NCBI GenBank assembly: GCA_946965045.2
Contig: OX337229.1
Location: 682,001 to 746,000 of the forward strand
Direction of reading: 5' to 3'
From: Epithemia pelagica
Taxonomy: Eukaryota > Protista > Bacillariophyta
DNA: 64,000 bases
The translations under genes were made by a program, and so were the position numbers. Below the pieces are notes generated by a model. The model made no database searches, was not told where the DNA came from, and saw only the letters and a program-made list of their open reading frames with translations. Positions 45,588 to 57,960 of the stretch are shown one piece after another (the stretch's first letter is position 1; every line of letters starts with the position of its first letter).

Positions 45588-48500
45588 ATGGCTACGGTAG
45601 ACGACTTATCACTAAAGCATCTACGTTTGCAGACGTTCGATGGAAAGCATGAAAATTTCCAAGTTTGGTTCATGAACTTTCGTTCATATGCAGTGGCGCA
45701 TGGATTCAAGTCGGCGATCAGCAAAGATGGGCCTGACACTGACTTGCCTTTGCGGGATGATTCACCTCTTGATACCGATGCAACGGTGGCTGGAAAACAA
45801 GCTTTGGCCAAGAAGAAGAATGCGGCAGCCTTTTGTGCCTTGAACCTTGCGATGACGAGCCCTCAAATGATCCGAATGTTGACTGAAGCTCAGACGGATG
45901 AATGGCCCGATGGTTTGGCCTGGAAGGTGATTGCTGCATTGCACAAGAGATTCAAGCCGACTGACACTGTATCAAAGATCGAGATGCGAAGGTTGTTGGG
46001 TAAAGTGGCCATGACCAAGAAAGAAGATCCAACTACTCTGTTCAGCCAAATTGGGCAGATTGAAAATATGTTCAACGTGACGGTTGATGATGAGGAGAAA
46101 ATTGCGATCGCGATTGAAGCAGCTCCGCGAGAATACCAGTCGATTATTGTGTCAGAACAACGCCAGCGGGGTTCAACATTGACGTCGGACCACATCGAAG
46201 ACGTTATGCGGTTGCACTGGCGCGCACTTTATGGTCAACGCACCAAGAATTTCCTGCAAGACGACGGAGACGACGACAACGAGATTGGTCTCGCAGCTGG
46301 AGACAAACAAGGTTCAACGTCAGGAAAGTCCAAGTCAAGCAAGAAAAGTGGGAAAGGTGACGGTAAGAAGACTTACAAATTCAAGGGCAAGTGCCATCAT
46401 TGCGGAAAGGTTGGTCACAAGGCCGCAGACTGCTGGATAAAACCCGAAAACAAAGACAAGAGGCCCGAATGGTACAAGGTCGAGGAGCATGGCAAAGTGG
46501 CAAAGGACAGTGGTGAGACGGATGGCGAAGGCAGCGTTGAAATCATCACTTGTGCGGTTGACTTACCTCCATTGGTTCCTCGGAACATGGTATGGTTAGA
46601 TACCGATGACGAGGACGAACACAACGAATACGAAGAACTCCCAGACTCGGTGCTCGATCACGAGATCGTGAGCGACACCGACGACGAAGAGACAAGAGAC
46701 GACGATGGAGACCTCGATTGGATCAGTTTGTTGGGTGAAGAGGACGATGAAAGCATCGACGACTCGTTGGTTGTTGTATCAGATGGCGAAGAAGATGAAG
46801 TGGACAGGGAGATTTGTTGTGCCGGTATGGCCAAGGGAATGGAATTCCCAGCCATCCAAAGTCTCCTGACAGATCCGAATGTATGGATCGCAGACACAGG
46901 AGCGACGACGCATATGACTCCGTTTCGCGTCGGAATGGTTGATGTGAAGAAACAACATGATGAGAAAGGGATCACCATGGGCAACAATAAAACAGAAAAG
47001 GTCGTGGAAGTTGGCAACTTACCTGGAGTGTTGCACGACAAGAATGGAAACGCGCTCAACCGTGTAAAGATGCAAGACGTCAGCGTGGTTCCAAGCGGTG
47101 GTTTCAACCTGTTCAGCATCACGAAAATGCAGATGAGTGGATGGAAATTGGAAGGAGACAAACAGTCGATCCGACTTACCAAGAATGGGCAGGAGATCAT
47201 CTTCGATATCAAGATCCAAACGCCCAAGGGAGTGATTTTTGCCGCGTATTTTGAAAGGACCGAGTTGGGAAACGCAGCAGCAACAAGCGAAGAACAAATC
47301 AAGATGACAATGGAACAGGCTCATGAGAAACTGGGTCACATCGGAGAGAAAGCAGTAATCGAAACAGCCAAGAAACTCGGATGGAAACTCACCAAGACAA
47401 CGATGCCAAAATGTGCAGCTTGTGCAGCTGGGAAGGCAAAACAGAAGAATTTGCCGCGAAATGAGAACGGAGAAGATGAAAGAGAACATGATGACGAGAA
47501 GCAACTTCGTGCTTACCTGGACATGGCTTCGATCAAGAAGAAGCCAGACATGCCAATTCCGTCGAAGCCGCAGTGGAGAATCTTGGTGGTCCATCCGAAA
47601 ATCCAGCTCAAGCTTTCCGAGTTCTATGATGCGAAAGATGAGATGCCAGAGGACACATGTGAGAAAATGGCATTGATGAAACAACATGGTGTGTCCATCA
47701 CTCACCTTCGGTTGGACAATGCAGGCGAGAACAAGGCCTTGCAGAAACGGTGTCAAAATGAAAAGTGGCAACTTGGAATCCATTTCGAGTTCACTGCCCG
47801 TGATACACCCCAGCAGAACTCTATCGCTGAGGTGGGATTTGCTACCGTGATGAATCGAGCACGTGCGATGATGCACCGTGCAAATATCCCCATCGAAATC
47901 CGCTTCAAGTTGTGGCACGAGGCTTGCATGACGGCAACGCTTTTGGACGGCTTGGTTGTTGTGGATCATGGGGGAAGATCTGCGACTCGATACGAACACA
48001 TTTGGGGGAAAGTGCCATCGTTCGCGGAACACTTGCGAGTATGGGGGGAAGCCGGAACGGTCAAGATCAAGACTAAAACTTCCCCCAAATTAATGGACAA
48101 AGGTGTACATTGTTTCTTCGTTGGGTATGCACGTAATCATCCGGGTGACTGTTATCGGATGTTTGATCCCAAAACGGGTCGTGTTCGGGAATCACGCGAC
48201 GTGACTTGGCTAAAGCGGCTATACTACAAGAAACCTCCTAATGCCAAGGAACTACAAACCAATCCAGTCGTGGATGCTGAGGCTGCATCGAATCACGGGG
48301 AGAGTCGCGGAAGTGGTCGCGAAAACGATGGCCAAAACGACCATGGCGGAAACGACGGCAATGTGGACGACAACAACTCCAACAACGAATATGAACCGGA
48401 TGATCCGATGCCTGAGGTGAACGTGAGCACAGGCAATGACGAATCAACTGCTCCAGTGCGGAATATTGTGATTCCGGAGCCTGATGAAACAACGACGACG

Positions 48501-50229
48501 CGAACAGGTCGTACCGTACGAGCACCACAACGGTTGATTGCTGAGATTGGACAAGTCGTGCTGTCCAAAGCAGAACAGAATTACTACCATGCCCTTCAAG
48601 CATTGGACTCTGATGCCGATAGCTTTCTGGATGAAGAATTGGCCATGGTGGGTGCCGGATTGGGGCAAGGCATCACGAATACAAAAGAGCTCAAGGTGAT
48701 GACCTTCGATGAGGCAATGGCCCAAGCCGACAAGGATGCATGGGTGAAGTCAGTTGATGAGGAACATCAACGCATGATTGATTGTGGCGTCTGGGTGCCC
48801 ATTCGGAAAGAAGATTTGCCTCCCAATTGCGACATCATCGATTCGACTTGGTCTATGAAGAAAAAGGCCAGTGGAAAGTATCGTGCTCGTTTGGCAGCTC
48901 GGGGTTTCAAGCAACGCGAAGGAGTGTCGTACGACCGTGATGATTTATTCGCACCGGTGGTCAACGAACTCACCGTGAAAATTGCCTTTGTGATGATGAT
49001 TTTGGCTGGGTGGTACGCTCATTTAATGGACGTTAAAGGGGCTTTTCTAAAATGTGGTTTTCGATCTCAACACAAAGTGGCAATGGAAGTCCCAAGAGGT
49101 TTTGAGAAATTCTATCCCTACGGTTGGTTGTTGCTTCTGTTGAAGACGCTCTATGGATGCAAGCAAGCCGCTAAGATGTTTTGGGAATTTCTGTTGAAAT
49201 TGATGCAGAGTATGGGCTTTGATCGCAGCAAAGCCGACCCTTGCTTGTATTTTGCTTGGACGCAATTTGGGCTTATCTTGTTTCTATCCTACATTGATGA
49301 TATGATTCTGATGGGCAATAAAGACGGAGTTATGCATTTCCGTGAAATCTTCAAGGGAAAGGTTGATGTTGATGATATTGGACCGTTGGATGAATATTTG
49401 GGGGCCAAGATTGAATTTTGTACTGAACAACGCACAGTCAAAATTACCCAACCAGTTCTTCTTCGCAGCTTTGGGGACGAATTTGGAGTGGGGGAGGGTA
49501 CATCGAAAACACCTGCTGTACCACACAGTACACTACAACCTGGTGATGAGAGTTCGCGTTTGGATGCTAAGGGCACATTTCGAGTTCGGTCCGGGATTGG
49601 GAAACTGTTGTACTTAATGAAATGGAGTCGCCCTGACATTTCAAATGCCGTTCGGGATTTGAGTCGGTTCATGCAGGAACCTTCTCTTGCGCATGACAAG
49701 GCAATGCGACGCTTGATGGAATATTGCGTCTCAACCAAACAGCGCGGTCTTTTGCTAAAACCAGAGGGACAGTGGGATGGAACAGCCGATTACGAGTTTG
49801 AGATCAGCGGCCGTTCAGACAGTGACTACGCGAAACAGCACGATCGCAAGAGTGTTAGTGGAATTTCGGTGTTTCTCAACGGTGCACCTATTCAAACGAA
49901 AAGCAAGACTCAGAGCATTATAACCCTGAGCGTTACGGAAGCCGAATTGGTGGCTGCTGTGGACTGTGTGCAGACGATGTTGTTCGCTCGGCAAATTATT
50001 CTCAGCATGGGGCTTAAGGTGAAACTACCCATGCTACTTGAAATGGACAACAAAGGGGGGAAAGATATCATCAATTCGTGGGCAGTTGGTGGTCGGACAC
50101 GTCACATTGATGTCCGAATGTTCTTCCTTCGAGAACTCAAGGAAGAAGGAATTCTCAAATGCAACTGGATCAGCACTGACGACAATTCTGCGGACCTCTT
50201 CACCAAGAATCTTGATGGTCCCACCTTTG
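45588..50229 (+). mobile_element. Ty1/Copia retrotransposon B: uninterrupted gag-PR-IN-RT-RNaseH ORF, truncated at the very end of RNase H
   Basis: CCHC knuckle CHHCGKVGHKAADC, WIADTGAT, HEKLGH..CAAC, LRLDNAGE, TPQQNS, MDVKGAFL, YIDD, SDSDYA, TEAEL, SADLFTK. No 3' LTR. Confidence 0.95.
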
Positions 50230-53200
50230 GACATGAACAGACACGGGTCAATGTGTTCCTGCGATTTGAGTCCGACTTGTTCCAATTTGCTTTTCAGATG
50301 AAGGAAGAAATTGCGTGGTGCCTGCTTTAGGCCATACAACGATCGTGTAAGTTTCAAGACTTTCCCTGGTTGCGCAAACCCTCTCGGCATCTCAACATAT
50401 ACGCCACTTTTCTTTTGTTCTTCTTCTGTCATCTTGTCCCAATTGGGATCCTTGTCAATCGGCGCATGTACAAATGCTGCCGTGTAATCAACTTGTACCG
50501 TGGACAGATTCAAAATGATGGAAAGAATCATCATCAGGCGCACAGTCGTCCAATTCACAACGGGTGCAAACGTGTCGAAGAAATCGACTCCTTCGACTTG
50601 TTTGTCCCCCCGTGCACAAAACCGTGCTTTCAATTTGCGTACGGATCCATCGGGATACCGTTTGCACTTGAACGCCCATGTGCCAGGTAAGACATTCATC
50701 CATGTCTCTCTTGCCACGACTTCCCATGCTTTCATCTTCTCATGAAGCGTGTTGTATTCTTTCTTGCAAGCCTCCCAGTACCCGTCTTTATCGGGACCGT
50801 TCATGGCTTGTTCCCATGAGGGATTGTCTGCAGCATCGGCCTTGGTTGCCAATGCCATAGGATGCATCTCTTCAATCCAGCGTGTGTCCGGATCTGTATG
50901 ACGATCCAGCCACAAATCCATGGCCAATAGGTCTTTGGATTTGGACGCGATTGCGCTGGTCAGAGTGTCCCAGGTAAGGGATTGGAGGAACTGTGCATTC
51001 AACAGCTCTCGTCTCACTTTTTGCTTTGGCCTTGTTGACCCACGAGGAAAGTAAGCAGTCGATGCCCACAATCGCTCATCGAACAAGTGACGATTGGGAC
51101 GACGTTCTCTTTTGCCTCTTCCATGTGATTCTGGATCGGGTTCGGCAAAATGCCTATTACGGCGTTCAATCTCTTCTTGTCGTGTCGTGCTGTCATCGTC
51201 TGAGTCGTCTTCAAAAACGATCTCATGTTCTTCCTCGTTGGCTTCTCCCTCTGGAGGCAACAATTCACTATTTGGAGCTCCCTCTGGAGGCAACAATCCA
51301 CCTGTTTGATCTTGACTTGACAGTTCACCGGGTGCTGCAGGTGGTTCTGGTCCTTGCCCTTGCTCTGTTGGCTGTTCCAGCGGAGGTTGGAATCGAACAT
51401 GGTTCCTTGTAGCGCGCCCTCTCCCCCCGTCAACAGACGTGGGAACAGGAACAATGGGCAAAGGTGGGGTGGGCAATGGACGAGGAGGACGTGACTGACG
51501 TCGGGCATGCCGTTCGGCGATTTCGGAATCGGTCATCCACTCGTCTCCAAGCTCCAAATTACCATCATCATCATCTTCGTCAGGCAGGTTAGATTCAGTG
51601 CCCGCCGCTAGCAGACGTTGCCAAAAGTCACCGTTCAAATTTGGCTCATCGAAAAGTCCGCCGGAATCGGCATTAGGAACCGTAGAGAATAAATCATCGT
51701 AGACCACATGATACTGTGAGCTGATGATTCCTGAGCAAAAATTGAGTATGCGACCAACAGTAGTAGAATGGTCGGGTGAGATCCCAAGAAACTGACCACG
51801 TCGTGCCTTGGCTTGCCATTTAGGCAACTTCTTGCCGTCTTGAAGCTTGGGGTCCAGGACATACACAGGACATCCCCAAACGTGACTCCGCTGAAGGTGG
51901 TGAAAATCGGAGAATGTGATGCCAGAGAAGATTTCGAGTGGAGCGATGTTCGTCCGGCGATTCGGAAGGTGGTTCCATAGCCAGACGGCGTGCTCAACGG
52001 CAAAAGGCCAAAGATGCAAGTGCATTTGCTCGGGCCAGTGAATGGTCGCGTGTAGTAACATAGTACGGGCCCAAGACATCGTGGTCTTTACTGCCCTTTC
52101 CGCGACTCCATTCTGGTGATGTGCCCCAACGCCTGAAAAGCTGATACGTTGACCACTTCCGTGTACATGGTTCAGAAATTCTTCTCGGCCAAACGGAGCA
52201 TTATCGGCGCGGTACTCTCGTATCTTGACACCGTATTCATCCGCGAACCGCTCAAACTTCTTCTTCGAACTGATCGTCTCACCAACTCGAAGGGACACTT
52301 GATTCGCCAAGAAGATCATGCCAGAGGCATGATCGACAAACAGAGTCCCCCCTCTATACTGTTCTTCGGTCCTCTCTTTGCCATACGTGTGAGGAAGACG
52401 GCCACGAATCGTGGATTCGTATTGATCAATCGAAACACAATCTCCTGGTTGAAGGTGCTCCCTCTTGAGCATACTGTCTTTCCCATCCACCAATCCACCG
52501 TGATTCGAATGAGGCGTCCGGCGATGTTGCTTCCCAAGCATACAAGCTGCGCACAAAGGTATGACGCAACTTGTTGTCTTCGCTTCTTTTGTCTCCAGCA
52601 CTAACCGTCGACTGTTTGCTTTTGGATCTCGACAGAGCGTCTGTATCCATTGCATGTTGGCATGGCCAAGCTTCCAGTGCCACAGCAAGAGCTCCCTTTG
52701 CGATGCCGTCAAGTTCTGGTTAGTCTCGTCGGCCACATTCATCAAGCCACTGTGATTCGCCGTAGACAAGGCCGACTTGACGGAATATCCATCACCCAGC
52801 ATCGTTGCATCTTCGAAGGTAAGTCCCATGTGATTCACATTCCCTGTGAGCATAAAGGGAAGATTACTACTGGAGTTATATGGAAATTCTAACCATGTCC
52901 CATCCGGGATTTGCAACTGCGTTTTCTTGTGGTCGAGTACCAGTTTTCCAGCTTGCTGCTCTTGAAAGAACGTTTGCGGGCTGAACAAGCGAATCGAGGC
53001 TTCTGGTACGTAGTATGCTTTCGTCTTGATCGTTCGAGCTACCCCCATAACGTCTCTAACCATCCATTGAACCATGCCAAAACCTCGGACTGCTGTCGTT
53101 CCAGACAATCCATTCAACGATGAGATTTCGGCCGGTTGAATTGGTCCGACGAAGTCTTGGAGATTTGGCGTCAATGATTTGGATGCTCCGGAATCGATCA

Positions 53201-54017
53201 CAATGGGGAGCACATCTTGTTCTCTTTGGCTCATGTACACCGTCATGCGACGTGACAATTCGCCAATGGTCTCACCATTCAAACCAGAACAATCAACCTG
53301 GTCCAACGGGACAGTGACGGCTTGAAAACTTTTCAGTTGTCCAAAATTGGCTGCTGCAACCATGCTTTGTCGCAACATCAGTTTCCAAGGGGTCTTTCGT
53401 CTTGTAAGGTCAGCTCCAAGCCACGCCCCATGACTCAACAATTTGATTGTCTGCCACTGACGAACTGGATCAACTTGTGGTATCAAGGAAACGTCCTTCA
53501 GGGCCAAACTCCAAAGCGACAATCCACCAAAGATTTGGTTTCGAAGAATCTTCGTCGTGTCGTTTGTCGCTCCCTCTGGAGACGACGTTCTCGGGTTGGT
53601 CCAGTTATCCCAGTCGTCCGTGTTGTACCAAAGACAAGGACGGTTGTTGCGCCAGATCACACGATGGACTCGACGTCTTACTTTCATTTTGAGGCCATAG
53701 GAGCGTACCGATTGTCTCAAACGAGGTTTCGGCGGTCTTGGTGGAGTGCTCACAGCATGAGCAGCTGTGGCTCCGGACTTGGAGTCTTGCTCGACCAAGC
53801 TCATGGCACAACAAAGGCTTATGAACAAGGCGAGATACAGTAGGAATAACCACGGCAGATAAAGCCAAAATAGGTCTCCCATCCCCCTCATGAGCGCACA
53901 GTCGAGTAAGGATGAGAAGATAGAGGTCACCCAGGTTTCCCTCCTGGGACCATAGCGATGATAGGGGCGGCCTACACCAGATGGACCGTCCAAAGACGCC
54001 ACCCAGCGGCCACCCCA
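50225..54017 (-). mobile_element. Copia C pol (linker-PR-IN-RT N-half), truncated in RT
   Basis: IVIDSGAS, WHWKLGH...CAAC, VSIDQY, YRADN, HHQNGVAER, FAPVVNW, VDYTAAF, SLYGLKQA, DPCLF. The YVDD motif and RNase H are absent. Confidence 0.92.
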
Positions 54018-55769
54018 TCAGGAGAAATGCTCCACGAGACTGCGGAGCGACTGATCGACGGAGCGTGCCACGTTTGCGACTGCAGCATCGAGCTCAGCGC
54101 GATTGACAGTAGAACCAGCCACAGTACCAGTCGCTCCAGTGAGCGTGCTGGTCGTGCTGGCGTTGTCGGCTCGCGCGGCATGAGCACTCGCATCTTGGTT
54201 GGAAGAGTGCGTCCGATCCGGAACCCAGCGATGCATGCGATGGTTGTAGAACATATGTTTTCCATCGATCACGCGTCGATTTCGCTCGTCCGACTTTGGA
54301 GGCGCCCACTTTCCGGATACACCACCTGTTCCAGAATTTGAGGAACTCGTCCCATTGGCTGCCTTCTTCGAACCAAACTTCTCTTTGTTCGCAGCAATCT
54401 TCTGTTCGTTGCGGGGTTCCGTGCACTTCGGTGCCGTATGTCCCGGCTTTCCACAATTCCAACAAATTGGTTGGGGCTTGCCATTGCCAGAAGAGGCAGT
54501 ATTGGCAGCTTTCTTGGCATCTTCTTGGGCATTGAACACGGAGTTCTTTCCCTTCGTTTTAGAACCGTGCCAGTCATTGCTGCTGCATAATTCATTATAC
54601 TTAGTTTCGGCTAAGCGAAGTAGAACATCAACTTCCAAACCACCAGTGTCATCAGGATCCCCTTGAAGTTTCCCAATGTCCCGTGCCATTGTGTAAGTTT
54701 GCTCGATATAGGGGAAATAAGAGTTAAATTTGCCAACGGATGAAGTTTGCATGACCTTTAGCACTTGCTGATTAAAGCGCTCTGGAACTTTCTTGACCCA
54801 TTTCAAGCGCTTGTGTGCACCACGGATCAAACTTACAACACGAAGAACATTTTCACCTTGAAACTCATTAATCTTCAAATTCTTAACCAAATCTTTCAAG
54901 TGATCAATAGCGGCTTCCGAACTTGAAACCAGGATGTTCATCATAATGACGAAGAGCAGAGGACCCCCTTGTTGAATGGTAGGGTAAGTCTCAAACTGTT
55001 CGTAGCATTTTTCAAACAGACTTTGAGTCATGTTATTTTCCAGATGCTTGTAGGTTAGTACCAAATTCTCCCGGTACCAATCCTTCTTGGTCCAGCGGCG
55101 ATACCATTCACAACTTGCTGCAACTTCATCAGGAGTAACTTCCTCATAATTTAAATATAGATCTACAGTACGAGACTCGATACTCCGGGATCCCTTCGAC
55201 TTGGGGAACACAATCGTGAACACATCATGCATATCATAAACCATATGCGTGTCCTTGGTCTTTGAAATCATGATGGAAGTGTTGTAACACTCATCCAATT
55301 TCTTTTCATCGGTCAAACTCATACTCGTGAAAGTATATTTCGTTTGCGATGTCTTCACGGCTTCCTTGAAGAGATCTTGCTTCTTCTCCGAAGACATTTT
55401 CTCCCTGTTCTCTTTCCGATATAGAGGTCCTTGATCCGCGACACCATATCCCCTTGAACCTGGTTCCACCAGTTCAACTGCCAGTCCCCCAACCATGAAT
55501 TGGGTATCTGTATCTAACGGGTAGTCATCGCTCTTTGAACTCTTATCCGAATTGTTTTCATCGCTTGTTCTTCTTTGTCTTCTCTCATTAAGACCCTGAA
55601 GCGTTTCGTCGAGTGTTCGGAATCCAAAGTCGGATTCTCGATTGTCGGTTCCAGTCTGGTCTTCCGCTGAGGCGTCTTGATAGTCCTCATTGTCTCCCGT
55701 GTTAGCCGGTGCTGCACCTGAAGCGGGTGAAACATTTGCCGAGTCTTCTGCTCGCGCCATTGTTCTCAC
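54018..55769 (-). mobile_element. Copia C gag
   Basis: 583-aa ORF with CCHC knuckle CWNCGKPGHTAPKC. Ends at a TGA that is in frame with pol. Confidence 0.9.
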
Positions 55770-55847
55770 CTTCTCTCTGTCCTATCTTGCCAGAGCACTC
55801 ACTTCCTTGACACCGTACGACCTTGGGAAACCTTCTACAGCGTAATA

Positions 55848-55862
55848 CTTGGGCTCAGAACC
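55848..55862 (-). other. Primer-binding site of Copia C (half-tRNA type)
   Basis: GGTTCTGAGCCCAAG directly after the LTR's terminal CA. Resembles the copia/Ty5 GGTTATG(G/A)GCCC tRNAi-Met anticodon-stem PBS with one substitution. Confidence 0.7.
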
Positions 55863-56099
55863 TGCGAGTAGTGGAAAAGAACTGCGGTCTCTTTCCCATT
55901 GAGCAATCCGTAAAAGGATACTTATTCTGATAATCACTATTATGTTAGTCCTAAATTCTCACTAAATTCACTTGGATCTTTTCTTCAATATCTTTTGGAT
56001 GAGTCATTCCATCCACTCGTTCACATTTACGTCGCTCATCATTCGTGACTGATGAGTCTTGTTGTCGAGTATAAGCTTGCTACCCCAGCTATACTCGCA
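55863..56099 (-). repeat. 5' LTR of Copia C (237 bp)
   Basis: Perfect 8-bp terminal inverted repeat TGCGAGTA...TACTCGCA, adjacent to the PBS. Confidence 0.85.
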
Positions 56100-56360
56100 G
56101 GAGGGAAGATCGGGACTGTTTCAAAGAAATTTTTAAAAGCGAACCTGAATCCATTCGAGCGTTTCAGGACTCAACTACCTTCTGATTCTTCGGGCTACCT
56201 ACCAAGGACTTCGCACAGTAGCAAGCCGAACTGAAAAAATAGGAGTAAGTCGATAAGCGAGGCGCAAGGTGCAAGCGCAACCCATTATTCCTTTTCCTGA
56301 GCCCATGAGGGATTCTGCTAGTTTAGATCTTCACGGGCAATGACACGGACAACCCTGTCC

Positions 56361-57960
56361 TTCAGGATTCAGGAATCAGGAATCAGGACCCCATCCCAGA
56401 CCCCCGAGTCCAGAGCAAACTCGGCCATCAACGCTAACTCCGTTCTCCGTTCAATGCAATTTTCAATGTTCTCAATGCAATTTTCGTGAAAACAAGAAAG
56501 GAGTGGCATGTAGAGGAATACTCTCTAGGGAAATCAGGATGGACAAGGCACAAGGGAGGTACTCCTAGCTCCTAATGCGTTCTTGGCCGAGAATCCCGAT
56601 TTCGTGGAACCCAAAGCCATGAAACTCTTCGAACTATCTTGTTCTCCAGTCTCCAGTCCCATATCTCTCTATAGACTATGGATATCGAGTCTAGAACATC
56701 GCATTCTGGTTCCTCCCTCTTTGTTAAAGATCTGTGCGAAATGCGAAGTGCGAACTGGAGAAAGCTGAGTGCTGCCGGCACTTTTCGGCATTATTATTTG
56801 TTGACCCTGTACAATACAAATAATAGAGTCTATTCCATGCGGAATGCGGACTTCGACCATGTGTTGGATGTTGGATGTTGGATGTTGGATTTGGATGTAC
56901 AGCGGCCACGGCGGATACGGATACTGAATACTGCACACTGCACTGGATCTGGATCCTATTCCCTATCCTATCTCTATACTCTATATCATATCCTACAATC
57001 TACAATAGATCGCATTACGCAATGGCCTACGCCCTACGCCTAACGCCTAACCTCTTACAAAAAAAGCCTAATCCTAGGAGTAACTCGTGTATCGCCTATC
57101 GCCTATTGTGGTCTATGATCTACGAGCTACGAGTATGATGACGTGGCCAACCCCTAACCCTACCTGTCTCTTCTTGCCTTCCGACATCCGACATTTTTTT
57201 CTTTTTGGAGTAGACTTTCAAGTACTCCTAGAGTAGCGAGTAGCGAGCAGTGAGTCTTCATTCAACAATGCGAACTTCAACTCTTCTATCAAGTAGTACT
57301 CGTTCCTCGTTCGAGTATTCCGTACTACGGAAATGATAGAAACCTCAGACATAGGACACATTAGACTCTTTTTGACGTTTGACCGTAAGGGCTAAAAGAC
57401 ACCTTCGACCTTCGACCTTCGACTTCGACAGCTACAGCCTACAACTATCATTCGTCATTCTACGAGCATTGGTTATTGGTTATTGTGTATTGTCTATGTA
57501 GGGATAACAGCGTTAAACATTTTAAACAACAATCGACATTGGGAATTGGGATTTGGGATTGGGGGTTGGGGGCTTGGCTTTGCTTGGCTCGTGGGAAACA
57601 GAAGAAACGGGACACCCTCTAGTTTGTCCTTGGATTCTACTGACTGGGTCACTTCTTATTCCTCATTCCATTGATCAAGTAGCAACTTACAACAGAAAAC
57701 AGAAGGCAATGCAACCTGATCACTGGTAACTCTCCATCTTTGCTGATCTCTCTACTAGCTAAGGTTACGGATCATCATCATCTCGTACTCCTAACTCCTA
57801 GGAGTAGACCGAATGATGGGGACGAAAGGAGTATTAGTATGTCCTTTTCCGATTTGCGATACACATGTAGGAGTACGAGTTACGAATAGGATAATAGTTA
57901 GCTCTTCAAATCCGACGGAACATCTCAAAAGGCGATCGTGACTCGTAACTCGTAACGTAC
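56361..57960. repeat. Non-coding tract rich in heterogeneous 7-bp (some 6-bp) tandem duplications
   Basis: At least 17 different heptamers repeated 2-5 times, e.g. TTCAGGA 56361, TGTTGGA 56862, CTTCGAC 57403, ATTGGTT 57468. Confidence 0.85.

Noticed and set aside
50034-50330. C-terminal extensions of the two Copia ORFs beyond the junction
   Set aside because: Each is only the antisense reading of the other element's coding sequence.
53605-54018. 137-aa ORF starting at a TGATG stop/start overlap with gag
   Set aside because: It is out of frame with pol, ends before the protease and has no recognisable motifs. It is probably incidental, though not excluded.
57152-57164. CCCTAACCCTACC telomere-like motif
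   Set aside because: Only about two units, indistinguishable from the surrounding short duplications.
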